Below are positions 50,190 to 59,669 of a stretch of DNA of 64,000 nt, piece after piece. A program made the translations under genes and the position numbers. Under the pieces are notes generated by a model, which was not told the origin of the DNA, did no database searches, and saw nothing but the letters and a program-made list of their open reading frames with translations. Every line of letters starts with the position of its first letter. The first letter of the stretch is position 1. Origin of the DNA: Escherichia coli (GTDB lineage: Bacteria; Pseudomonadota; Gammaproteobacteria; Enterobacterales; Enterobacteriaceae); assembly GCF_024298765.1 (NCBI RefSeq), contig NZ_CP101211.1, one strand, 5' to 3'.

Positions 50190-50224
50190 AAGGCCCCATC
50201 GGTAAATTGTTGGGGCTTTTTCTT
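50190..50224 (+). terminator. Rho-independent terminator after the NERD gene
   Basis: GCCCCA / TGGGGC stem followed by TTTTTCTTT. Confidence 0.55.
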
Positions 50225-50439
50225 TGCGTAGTTCTGATACGGTTTATCCTGTGGAGCATTATGGCCACCAGCCAGCTGGTGACTGGCCAACGCTTTGTAT
50301 GACGTAGCCTACTCAGGGCAGGCTATTTTAGAGGGACCGATTTTTATCCGGGCTAATTTAGAAAGAGATAATTTGAACTTAGGCGGGCTGACCACCAGCA
50401 GAGAGGTAAATCACTAGCCGGTGATATTGACAGAAGTCG

Positions 50440-50802
50440 TCAGGGGTTTAACGCCGGAATATTTTGCCAGGCCTCCTGCAAGGTCTGCAAGACTTCTACA
50501 AGTGATAGTGACGGCCACAGGACTGTTTCCGTCATTATCACTCCAGGTGGCTCGCACTCTACTGGTACCAGAATTAAAACAACACGAGTTCCTTTTACCT
50601 GGTAGGCAAGGTTTACTGCCGGTTGGCGGTAGGAGGCCAGTACACCCTCACCATATTGAGCAGGGTTACTTGCCCAGTTCCGCACCATTGCATACACCTG
50701 AGGCATATACCGACTATCCAGATCCCCTTTGGGCCGTCTGAACGGCACGATTTCTTCTGAGCGGTAGGTGGTCGTTGTTGTATTGGTTGTCATCTTTGTC
50801 AC
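50440..50802 (-). CDS. Hypothetical protein
   Basis: 120-aa ORF with a GGGGAGG ribosome-binding site. Confidence 0.4.
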   Translation of the reverse strand: MTKMTTNTTTTTYRSEEIVPFRRPKGDLDSRYMPQVYAMVRNWASNPAQYGEGVLASYRQPAVNLAYQVKGTRVVLILVPVECEPPGVIMTETVLWPSLSLVEVLQTLQEAWQNIPALNP

Positions 50803-50858
50803 CTCCCCTGTTCGTCCATTTAGAGTTTTAAGCTGCTTTACACATCACACTCAACTGA

Positions 50859-51143
50859 TTATTTAAGCTGGTCATCGTCTCTGGCCAGCATAGCCCAACC
50901 ATTCGACTGGTTTTCGCGGGAGTAAGGATTCATTTCAAAATAACTATCTACCGCGTCGCTGTCCGCAACAGAACTGTTGTTAGCTCTCTTTGAACCCTGA
51001 ACCACTACAGCATCAACCTCTGCGGCTTTCCCGTTGCGCTGTACCAGGATTTTAACCGTCTTGGGCTTACGTCTTGCGAGCAGTTTGTTGGCGATAAAAA
51101 GCACAACAATCCAGGCCAAAAGCACGTATAAAAATTTATTCAT
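50859..51143 (-). CDS. Small membrane protein
   Basis: N-terminal transmembrane helix; AAGGAGGG ribosome-binding site. Confidence 0.5.
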   Translation of the reverse strand: MNKFLYVLLAWIVVLFIANKLLARRKPKTVKILVQRNGKAAEVDAVVVQGSKRANNSSVADSDAVDSYFEMNPYSRENQSNGWAMLARDDDQLK

Positions 51144-51305
51144 AATGCCCTCCTTTGTATGTGATTATTATACCTGCTTCCATTGCAGGCCAAACAGGTT
51201 CGGTGTATGAAAAATAGACTTCTCTCCGGCGTATAGCAATCTACTTACTGATCTGTTTTCGTATCAAACTGTATGGCATAACCGAGGGGCGTACGTGGTG
51301 AGTCA

Positions 51306-51318
51306 GAAAGTTACTTTT
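51306..51318. repeat. Backbone palindrome copy (12 of 13)
   Basis: GAAAGTTACTTTT upstream of the 94-aa membrane protein gene. Confidence 0.7.
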
Positions 51319-51499
51319 CCGTAATAGTTAATTTCAGATCCTTCTTCCAGTTACGCTTCAGTATAAAACCGATACCCTCTAATTCAGCATCCTTCACGTT
51401 TAATACGCTTCACTTTAAGGCAGGGCTTTTCGGTTGATATGAATTCTTTTTCCGGTTGCTGGACATGGGTTTCATCCTGATAGTTAAAATTGCAGGCTA

Positions 51500-51802
51500 T
51501 CAGTCACCACCACCACCTCCTCCTCCTCCTCCTCCACCGCCACCATCACAACCACCAGCTATGCTATTTTCACCATTACAATCACCTCCGAGGGGGTTCA
51601 AATGGCTGCTCCCCTGTAGATGGTGTCCTTGCCAGATCGAACCCGAACCAGCGCCTCCTGAGCGTCTTTGCTTGCCCTGAGGCAATTGTGCAGGCTCACC
51701 AGCACCGGCGGTCCCAAAAATGTCCCGGGCAATTTTATAAAGAAGGTAAAAAGGTACGCCCAGCATCATAAAAAAGATTACTGAAAATATTACACGTTCC
51801 AT
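51500..51802 (-). CDS. Small membrane-anchored protein with a Gly-rich C-terminal tail
   Basis: AGGAG ribosome-binding site 7 nt before the ATG; N-terminal transmembrane helix; the tail is encoded by the CCN repeat. Confidence 0.45.
   Translation of the reverse strand: MERVIFSVIFFMMLGVPFYLLYKIARDIFGTAGAGEPAQLPQGKQRRSGGAGSGSIWQGHHLQGSSHLNPLGGDCNGENSIAGGCDGGGGGGGGGGGGGD
51507..51545 (+). repeat. Trinucleotide (CCN)13 simple sequence repeat
   Basis: caccaccaccacctcctcctcctcctcctccaccgccacc. Confidence 0.8.
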
Positions 51803-52234
51803 TGATGATCTCCTGTCTTGTGAGAGACCAGTTATATCAGGGTGATTCAGTATTTCCGTTTAGAAAAGAGTACTAATTTGGCCCTGTTCGATCTTAATTT
51901 GCCATCCGGGAAAAAGTCATAGGGATAGGCCTGCCAGAGTCAATAACTTCCAGTGATCTGGAGGAGACCCCGGCTCTCTGAGCCCTCATGGATGGTACGG
52001 CTTTACCCCCTGTAAACAGATTCACGTTCCGCAGGACAAACATCGACTACTGACGTCTCATATTTGCTGACGCTAATCCGACGTCTCATTGCCGTCTGCT
52101 TGTTTTCTTTAAAGGGTGTATTAGACGAATATCAAATCGGAATGGTAGGGGATGTGTGGGCACCATGCCCGGCCCTCTTTGAGCATCTGAGAGATTGGAG
52201 ACCTAGCCGGGTAAGATAGCTACTTTCTTACGGG

Positions 52235-52603
52235 TTACCCTTCAAATCCAAAGACGAAACGGACGCTGCCGTTCTCCACGTGGAGACGCTTTACTTCTTC
52301 GACAAATTCCTGGATCACCTCTCCGGCGTTATCGGGTGGTATGGCTGACAAAATTTCTTCCGAAGTCAGCCATGAGTATGAATGTTCACCGAATAAATCA
52401 TCATCTTCGGACGGTATATCATCAGGTAATCCGCGTAATGCGTGGATAAAAACTGCTGATGTGCTCGCCCTTTCACGATCTACATCAAATCCGAGCCAGG
52501 CAAAGTGGAGATATGATCGGTCCCCTTTATAATTGCTTGATAAATTAATCCATTTACCAGGCTTTTCTTCCCTTTGAAATCGCCAGCAGATATCAACGCC
52601 CAT
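52235..52603 (-). CDS. Hypothetical protein
   Basis: 122 aa; last gene of a seven-gene minus-strand cluster. Confidence 0.4.
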   Translation of the reverse strand: MGVDICWRFQREEKPGKWINLSSNYKGDRSYLHFAWLGFDVDRERASTSAVFIHALRGLPDDIPSEDDDLFGEHSYSWLTSEEILSAIPPDNAGEVIQEFVEEVKRLHVENGSVRFVFGFEG

Positions 52604-52767
52604 TAAGAAACTCCATTACTATCGTTCGTATGAGATAACTATCATTTCAGAATACTATGACTTCTTCCCGTATAGAACTAATCGCTCACGCCAACTGGGC
52701 GAAGCCAACCGGTTCCGCCACTTCGCTCATTGGTTTTTAGGCGTAAGCACTGAAGCCAGTCTCCATG

Positions 52768-53310
52768 CTAACTGGCGAGCCTGCGAAAGTCAGACTCGTT
52801 GTTATAAAGCGGCATATCGTAAGCGGTGTCTGAAATGAACATGCGGATCTGCTCAAGCGTCATGCCACAATGAAAACGGTTTACGCTCACATTGGCCCGG
52901 GGGAAGTCAGCACAAAACGCATTCAAAACATTTTCATGGACAATGCCAATGTTGATCAACGCAGCTGGCCCGTTGTCACGGAAGGATACGACACGGAATC
53001 CCCCATACCAGCCTGAATGGGAGAAAAATGAAAATGCGCCGGATGCCAGACCATTAGACAGGTCATAGCGCAATTTCCCGCACAGAGACTGGCTGTCTTT
53101 GCTGTACACGCGATTAATGAAAATACCGGGACCAACTTCTACCGGCTGCTTGTTGCTTGCTAAACACGGAAAGCCCACCAGCGAAACCTCCCTTTCTCCT
53201 GACCAGTTTACCTGATACCCGGCAGTGAGAAAGTCCGTCAGTTCTACGCCAGAAAGAGCATTAATGGCCGCGATATCGGTAGTCAAAATATTTACGTTTT
53301 TCATATTCAT
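52768..53310 (-). CDS. Hypothetical protein
   Basis: 180 aa. Confidence 0.4.
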   Translation of the reverse strand: MNMKNVNILTTDIAAINALSGVELTDFLTAGYQVNWSGEREVSLVGFPCLASNKQPVEVGPGIFINRVYSKDSQSLCGKLRYDLSNGLASGAFSFFSHSGWYGGFRVVSFRDNGPAALINIGIVHENVLNAFCADFPRANVSVNRFHCGMTLEQIRMFISDTAYDMPLYNNESDFRRLAS

Positions 53311-53371
53311 CTCATCTTTATTCTAAAGTGCGTTTTTTGTCTATCAGCCCGAGGATTGAAAATTTGAATAT

Positions 53372-53809
53372 TTAATGTGACAGATAAATACCTGTCACTT
53401 TTTCAAAAACAGCCTGTAATTGAATATCGAGAGAGTTCATTTTAAAATCCACCAGCTCAGCTTTATTATCGCAAACCAAATAAAAATAGGAGTCAAATGC
53501 GTCTGTATCTTCATCTTTAAAAATACGGAAGGAATTAATTTTATCATGCCCTTCAAATTCGGCATGAATACCATAGCGAACCGAGCCGTCATCGAACTGA
53601 ACAACCCGTCGTACAGAATTAATCCGGACGTACTGTTTTAAGGCCCTCGCGAAATCGGCATTTAACGCCAACGCTCGTAAGATTGAATCAGCGGTTTCAT
53701 TCTGCTTTTTACGATCGTATTCAAATATCCCACAGCCGGTGTTACGAAAGACCGGCTGAAGAGCATTAACCAGGTTGAAGGAATCCACGTTTCTGTCGTT
53801 TCTGTACAT
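53372..53809 (-). CDS. Hypothetical protein
   Basis: 145 aa. Confidence 0.4.
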   Translation of the reverse strand: MYRNDRNVDSFNLVNALQPVFRNTGCGIFEYDRKKQNETADSILRALALNADFARALKQYVRINSVRRVVQFDDGSVRYGIHAEFEGHDKINSFRIFKDEDTDAFDSYFYLVCDNKAELVDFKMNSLDIQLQAVFEKVTGIYLSH

Positions 53810-53853
53810 GAGATATCTCCTGCCCCTCCGCTATACGAAGGGGCTTGATAGGG

Positions 53854-54150
53854 TTACTGCCAGGCTGCGATCACTTCTTCGCACTGGAAATGAGATAAGC
53901 ACTGCTGGAGTAGAAGAGCCAGCACCGCTGTGTTAGGGACGCGATTGTTACACCACGCGTTGAAAAGCAGCTGCCATGGACCGGCATAATACCCGGCCAG
54001 TTTCTTTTTTTGTTTAGCTGTACGGCAGCGGGAAATGGCCTGCTGATAAAGGCTTTCATTCTCATCACCAGCCCGTTTTTGCAGAGTGCGATAAATATAC
54101 GAATAAAGACTGTCAGAACAGTTTGAAGCGTACGCCAGTTGTTTTTTCAT
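53854..54150 (-). CDS. Hypothetical protein
   Basis: 98 aa. Confidence 0.4.
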   Translation of the reverse strand: MKKQLAYASNCSDSLYSYIYRTLQKRAGDENESLYQQAISRCRTAKQKKKLAGYYAGPWQLLFNAWCNNRVPNTAVLALLLQQCLSHFQCEEVIAAWQ

Positions 54151-54270
54151 AATACCTCCTGTTTAGAAGTATTATATGTAAACAGCCTCAGCGGCTAATA
54201 ACCCGTAGCAATATAATTTGCATTTTTTCTATTTCTGAAGACGCTTTTTAAATTAATATTTACTGAGTTA

Positions 54271-54549
54271 TCACAACTTATTATTCTTCCCGTCTGCTGT
54301 TTTATTAATCCCCCAGTTAGTAATCACGCCAAGTCGGCGCAATTTTTCACGTTGTTCATAAATAAAAAAATCGCCAAGGCAGTCTTTTAAAACTTCACTA
54401 TCCTGATATTTTATTTTTTGAAGCATCCTCGCAACTATGGCGCGTTTCAGGAATATGGCTGCATCAGACTCAAGCATTTGTGAGGACTGTCTGACGGTCT
54501 CCTGCATGTCGACGATACTGCTGAGCTTTCGTCTGACCACGCTTAGCAT
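54271..54549 (-). CDS. Hypothetical protein
   Basis: 92 aa. Confidence 0.4.
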   Translation of the reverse strand: MLSVVRRKLSSIVDMQETVRQSSQMLESDAAIFLKRAIVARMLQKIKYQDSEVLKDCLGDFFIYEQREKLRRLGVITNWGINKTADGKNNKL

Positions 54550-54733
54550 AGTGTCCGGGAACCGCTTAGCGGCTGAATGTAACCCGCAACAACGTTACGC
54601 ATTGTTTTACTCACTGCAATTTTCCATTTAAGTCTGTTTGTTCCACCAGCTGCTAACATCAGCGTTATTCATCCTGAGGTTTCGCCCGCGATTGACAGAT
54701 CAGAGGCAGCATGGATGAAATTGCCAGAGTAGA

Positions 54734-55015
54734 TCACTGCATACGCGAATAGTGGTTTGTATTCAGTTCTGCGTTTGCCTGCTTTTCCAGTGCTGTCATA
54801 ACCCGGCGGAGCATCGCCAGAGCCTGAACAGGCGAGCTCCCAAACTGCACTTTCACTTCAGCCGTATCATGATCCTGAATCAGGTCGAGTATATTCACTT
54901 CGATCCCTGCCCCGTTTTCATCTTTTGCCGTGCACTGAATACTTACCCGGGTCACCGAATCCGTCAGGACTGGCAGTGGGTTAGTTTTGTCTACGTTGAT
55001 AACAGCCTTCTTCAT
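54734..55015 (-). CDS. Hypothetical protein
   Basis: 93 aa. Confidence 0.4.
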   Translation of the reverse strand: MKKAVINVDKTNPLPVLTDSVTRVSIQCTAKDENGAGIEVNILDLIQDHDTAEVKVQFGSSPVQALAMLRRVMTALEKQANAELNTNHYSRMQ

Positions 55016-55080
55016 TGCCCTGTTTCCCCTTGTCCTGAAAAAGTTACCGACCCGTCCGGATGGAGGGGTCGGTCAGAAAA

Positions 55081-56265
55081 TCATGACTGTCCCTTGTTCA
55101 TCTTATCAGCATGCTTACGCAGGTACTCTTTCAGGTCAGCATGAGCGTTGATGATATCGTTCATTTCATCATTGGTCAGAACAAGCGTGTAAGTATCAGT
55201 ACTGACAGATTCACCTTCTTTAAGCTTGGCTTCTTCAGCAATACGTTCAAAAATCGGGATCGCGGTGTCTGCAATGACGGTCACAGTCTTTTTGTTCAGA
55301 ACGCTGGACATGGAAGGTGCTTTACCTGCCGGGTTCTGTTTAGGAGCGCTGTCCTTTGGAGCTGGAGCCGGTTCCTGTACCGGTGGCGTATCCAGCGTCT
55401 CCGTATTGCTTTCATCGTTCAGTTGATCCGGTACCGGGGTGTTATCGGTAGTATCATCTGCCGGTTGCTCAGCACCGATGTTTTCCGGAGTCTGCGGATC
55501 TGCCATGCGCTCTTCTACCTTGGCAGCTTTGACGAATTTCAGCGTGTTTTTCGTCGCCTTGCCATAGATGGAGATCGCTTTGTTGATGTTATCTACCGCA
55601 TCCTCACCGCTGTACATATACTCGTCCAGTGCAACGTACATGCTCACCTGATCGCTCACAAGCATGGTCTGTAGTTCAGAAGGCAGGTCCAGTACGCGAA
55701 CCATCTGGCGAAGATGCTGCTCTGATTTACCACGTTTTTTTGCCAGTTCCGCAAAGGTCTTAGGCTCTTCTTTATCTTCAACCAGACGCTTAATTGAAAG
55801 CGCTTCAGCTACGACAGACAGCGCCAGGTTGGAGTTGCCGGTCAGGGTGAAGAGTTCTGCTTTTGAAGCGCTACCGCGAAACTCTTCGCAGCGAATACGA
55901 GTAATGCGTTCACGCCCTTCTGCTTCCAGCTGGCGGTTTGCAATAGCGATGGAACGGATACGGCAAGCCCCCTGACGCAGTACAGGTACGCCATTAACCA
56001 TCTGAACAACGATAGGCGTCACGCTGAACGGGTCTTCCATGTAGGCATCGGCCAGGCTGTTCAGGTGTTCCACAACGTGAGGCATTGAATAGTAGAGCTC
56101 GCCCATACCGGCCGTGCGGGTGTTAAAGCCTTCCTGCTCTACAACAACCGAAGGGTCAATGATAAGGCCGTTGCCTTTACGGGCACCGTTACCAGTGCGT
56201 TCCAGGTAACCACGAAGGCTGATTTCGTTGCTGTTGTTTTTTACTTCAGTTTCGATTGCGGACAT
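55081..56265 (-). CDS. ParB-like nuclease-domain protein with an acidic, Pro-rich linker
   Basis: N-terminal region ...FNTR...IVVQMVNGVPVLRQGACRIRSIAIA resembles the ParB/Srx fold (GxRR-type motif); 394 aa. Confidence 0.5.
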   Translation of the reverse strand: MSAIETEVKNNSNEISLRGYLERTGNGARKGNGLIIDPSVVVEQEGFNTRTAGMGELYYSMPHVVEHLNSLADAYMEDPFSVTPIVVQMVNGVPVLRQGACRIRSIAIANRQLEAEGRERITRIRCEEFRGSASKAELFTLTGNSNLALSVVAEALSIKRLVEDKEEPKTFAELAKKRGKSEQHLRQMVRVLDLPSELQTMLVSDQVSMYVALDEYMYSGEDAVDNINKAISIYGKATKNTLKFVKAAKVEERMADPQTPENIGAEQPADDTTDNTPVPDQLNDESNTETLDTPPVQEPAPAPKDSAPKQNPAGKAPSMSSVLNKKTVTVIADTAIPIFERIAEEAKLKEGESVSTDTYTLVLTNDEMNDIINAHADLKEYLRKHADKMNKGQS

Positions 56266-56356
56266 TTTTGTTCTCTTTTTTGGTTGGTTGTTTAACTGCG
56301 CTACAACACAACAATACCAGGTTCGACATTTTTCCTAATAGGTTGCGGAGAAGAAA

Positions 56357-56369
56357 AAGTAACTTTTTT
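56357..56369. repeat. Backbone palindrome copy AAAAGTAACTTTT
   Basis: Exact copy about 90 bp upstream of the ParB-like gene. Confidence 0.8.
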
Positions 56370-56480
56370 TAAAAATTTTCCTGAGGCAATACTACTCGAT
56401 CCGTCCGTTTTAAATCTTCACAACAGTGGGCCGTTTTTACGTTTAAGCAAAATAACTGGTTCAGAAGGTGACTCAGAGAG

Positions 56481-56493
56481 AAAAGTTACTTTT
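56481..56493. repeat. Backbone palindrome copy AAAAGTTACTTTT
   Basis: Exact copy about 215 bp upstream of the ParB-like gene. Confidence 0.8.
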
Positions 56494-56680
56494 CCGGTTG
56501 TCTGGGCCAGTGATGGGAGAGTGGCAGGACAGGAATGGCTAAACCGGTGCGGGTCTCTTGTAAGTCGCAGGGGATTCAGGAGATATAGAGGTAAACTGGT
56601 ACGTTCAGTTTTTGGATTGAGCCGGGCTTTTGGCCCGGGCTTAAGGAAGCAGAAATTTGAACGAACTGGCAGGTAATGCT

Positions 56681-56857
56681 TTATGCCGCCGACAGCTGGC
56701 CGTCAGTGCTTTGCTGTTCTGGTTTGACAGTTGGGGGATAACCGGCAGTTAGCCGCTGGCATTCCGCATCACAGAAAGCCCTGAGGTTGCTGAAGACGGA
56801 CTCCATGAAATCAGCATGAGCATACGAGTCTACAGGACGTGTCTTGTTATCTTTCAT
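56681..56857 (-). CDS. Small hypothetical protein (58 aa)
   Basis: GAGGAG ribosome-binding site 6 nt before the ATG at 56857. Confidence 0.3.
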   Translation of the reverse strand: MKDNKTRPVDSYAHADFMESVFSNLRAFCDAECQRLTAGYPPTVKPEQQSTDGQLSAA

Positions 56858-57366
56858 CTTGTTCTCCTCAATCATTATTAAAACCAGCGGATTTAGTTTC
56901 TGGCGCTCCATCTGCTGACCGGCTTTCCCAGAGAGCAGCGATGTGTCGGGTTCTTTTTCTCATTTTATCGTTTTCATCGGGCCCATCCGGGCGTATAAGA
57001 GACCGATTTGGCATGTTTAGGAAACGTACTGGCGTAATTAAAAGCTGAGGTTGGATTTGGAATAAAAGGATGCTTTTCCCGTTTGTCGGGTCTTTCGCCA
57101 CCGCTGCACGATGATTCTGTCAGGCATTCTGCGCCCTCCCAGGCTGCACATCTGGAAACAAGCGTTGGGATGTTCCCTTCCCCTGCTCACCGTAGAAAGA
57201 TCGGCAAGTCCCGACGGTCGTTCCGTACGAGCCGGGTCCAAATAATGAATAAATAAAACGCCGCTTCAATTGTATTGACAATAGAAGTCAGGAGGATCAT
57301 AGTGTCATTCATGGTGCGGCTTTCGCACCACCGCCCCGGCGGTACCGGGCAGAACTGGAGTACCTC

Positions 57367-58311
57367 ATGAAACTTTCCCGTCAGACGACTTCTGATACTT
57401 CTGTTGATGGCCGTTCACGCGCATATGCCTGGGGCCGTGTCCATTATTTCATTATCGAACATGCACCAATGGCTGAGCTGGTCGCTATTGACGAGCTGCT
57501 GGAAAAAGCTGGCTGGAGCAATGACGGCTGTCCGAACTATGAGAAAGATGACGAGTTTGGTAATGCTGGTTACAGCTGTGGTTACTGGATCGATATTGAC
57601 AGCGTGGGAAGCTTCAAGGCTGACTACAAACGTCTTAAGGGGGAGATTAGTGCGCATATCGCCTCAAAGGCGGCAGAGGTGGAGATCCGCGTACTGGACT
57701 CGATGTCCGACAAAGAATGTAAAGATGTTGCCTCGGTGGCATCTACTGTTCGCCGTGACTTACGTACGCAGTCCGAATCGCTTCATTCACTGCGTACAAT
57801 CGTAACGGTTGATCATTACAATCCCTATGTGACCACCAGCCGCCCGCTGAGCATTTCCGCCTGGACACTTATCCACGACTGTCTGAAAACAGGCACCATC
57901 AATGACGTCTGTTCACGGTTGAGTTCATTAATCCTGCACTCTGAAGCCGCGATTGCCCGTTGTAAGGGAAGCTCCGACTACTCTTCGGAACACGCTCAGC
58001 TATCGTTTTTTGCTGGTAACGACTATGTCACCAGACGCACCCTTGTTGATGCAGCTCACGAAGAGGCTCTGCGAATGAACCGCCGCTTTGATGAACGCAT
58101 TGCAATGAACGCGGATTCTGATGCCAGAAGGCTCCAGTGCGAATTCAACCTTAGCAACCATGTCGTACAGCGTAGGACCGTTGAATCTGCTCATATCCAG
58201 GCACTCAATGAAGACGTCACCCGTTCACAGGCGGAACCACGCTGCCCTGGAAAGCTTCTTCTGAATATGACCAGTCATGAGGAAGTGCGGGACTCACTGA
58301 GCGCCTGTTAG
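57367..58311 (+). CDS. Hypothetical protein
   Basis: 314 aa. Confidence 0.45.
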   Translation: MKLSRQTTSDTSVDGRSRAYAWGRVHYFIIEHAPMAELVAIDELLEKAGWSNDGCPNYEKDDEFGNAGYSCGYWIDIDSVGSFKADYKRLKGEISAHIASKAAEVEIRVLDSMSDKECKDVASVASTVRRDLRTQSESLHSLRTIVTVDHYNPYVTTSRPLSISAWTLIHDCLKTGTINDVCSRLSSLILHSEAAIARCKGSSDYSSEHAQLSFFAGNDYVTRRTLVDAAHEEALRMNRRFDERIAMNADSDARRLQCEFNLSNHVVQRRTVESAHIQALNEDVTRSQAEPRCPGKLLLNMTSHEEVRDSLSAC

Positions 58312-58407
58312 TCCAGCGACACCCCCTGCGGCTCTACTACCGGGCCGCAGTCTGCTCCTGCCCAGATGGTGCCAGTGGTGTAATGAATTTGTTTAATAAG
58401 GCTAAGT

Positions 58408-59010
58408 ATGATGAATAAAGAACAACTAATCGACAAACTGGAACGCGTGGTATGTGGTCAGTACTCCTACGAAATGCAGGAGCTTGCGTATTCGGCCCTC
58501 TGCTGCATTAAAGGCACCCCGGACGACTGCGCTAAGTTCCCTGTTACGCGTCCGCTGCCTGACACCTTAGTGGACGTATGGGACGAAATCGGGCAATACC
58601 TTGGCACAGGCAAAGCCATTGAAACTCGCAGTTGCGGCGTTTCGCTTCTGCTTCATGGACACTGCTACGATTCAAATCATGTGCTTTACTGGCGCAATGC
58701 TGGCGCACTTCCAGCAGCTTGCGATACGCCACTGGCTGGTGGGTCTCGCAAACTGTTCACCTGCTCAGCCTGTGGAGTGGACGGTCTGGATGAACCACCT
58801 GAAACCAGTTGCCACTGCTGCACAGAGGGGGCCCACTGGGTTGAGAGCAGGCTCTTCACCTCCGGGCAGGCAGACCCTGAAGAATTTAGACCCGTGGCGG
58901 TCGTGAAAGAGTGTGCAGGCTCAACGCCGGATGATCGGCTCATCTGGAGTGTGATTGAACAGCTCAACGGCGAACTGGCGGAAGGCGATAAACTATTTAA
59001 GCGACGCTGA
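58408..59010 (+). CDS. Cys-rich hypothetical protein
   Basis: 17 Cys in 200 aa, including CSACG and SCHCC clusters. Confidence 0.45.
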   Translation: MMNKEQLIDKLERVVCGQYSYEMQELAYSALCCIKGTPDDCAKFPVTRPLPDTLVDVWDEIGQYLGTGKAIETRSCGVSLLLHGHCYDSNHVLYWRNAGALPAACDTPLAGGSRKLFTCSACGVDGLDEPPETSCHCCTEGAHWVESRLFTSGQADPEEFRPVAVVKECAGSTPDDRLIWSVIEQLNGELAEGDKLFKRR

Positions 59011-59063
59011 CAGATCACGGCAGCATTTATAACAGACGAACTCCAGAATAATTTAAAGCAACC

Positions 59064-59420
59064 ATGAACATGAAAAAGCCCAAAGCTGCATTACAGAATG
59101 CCATGAAAGAAGATGTGCCAGCTGTGACACAGATTCAGATGCGATCTACGGTTTCCAGAAAGGTTCGCTATGTAAAACAGGCAAATCGAGAGGGTCTGAA
59201 ATTATCTGAGTGGATGTCGCGGCATCTCGACGCTGTCTGTGATACCGCAGATGAGATTCATAAAGGCAAACGCTCAACTCCGGTTGCGCCTGGGAAGATT
59301 CCCCCAGAGGTATACCAGGTGATATACGATCAGTGCGGCGGGTTCGTGGAGTGTGATGCTAATGCCCAGGTTATCTGGGAAGCCTGCCGTAATGCCATTC
59401 TTAACGGAGACAAAGGGTAA
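59064..59420 (+). CDS. Hypothetical protein
   Basis: 118 aa. Confidence 0.4.
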   Translation: MNMKKPKAALQNAMKEDVPAVTQIQMRSTVSRKVRYVKQANREGLKLSEWMSRHLDAVCDTADEIHKGKRSTPVAPGKIPPEVYQVIYDQCGGFVECDANAQVIWEACRNAILNGDKG

Positions 59421-59450
59421 ACGGCAGGTATCGCCTGTCATTTTACCCTT

Positions 59451-59669
59451 GTGAGGACAATACTGATGAACCATGAGAGCCGAACTGTATACCTGAACAC
59501 GGCCATTGAGGCCCTGCTGAAAGCTGAGGCGGCTCTGAACGATCTGGCATTAGCCTATGAGCTTAAACCTGATGAAAAGGCAAGCGCATGCCATCCCAGA
59601 ACCGGCACACTTTCCACTGCGTCCCAGGTAAAAAAACTCCGCCGTGTCCTTGAGAAGCAGAAGGTATGA
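59451..59669 (+). CDS. Small hypothetical protein
   Basis: 72 aa. Confidence 0.35.
   Translation: MRTILMNHESRTVYLNTAIEALLKAEAALNDLALAYELKPDEKASACHPRTGTLSTASQVKKLRRVLEKQKV

Noticed and set aside
51456-51771. Plus-strand Pro-rich ORFs across the CCN repeat
   Set aside because: No ribosome-binding site and the low-complexity translation is a by-product of the repeat; the minus-strand ORF with a strong ribosome-binding site and a transmembrane helix is more plausible, though still uncertain.
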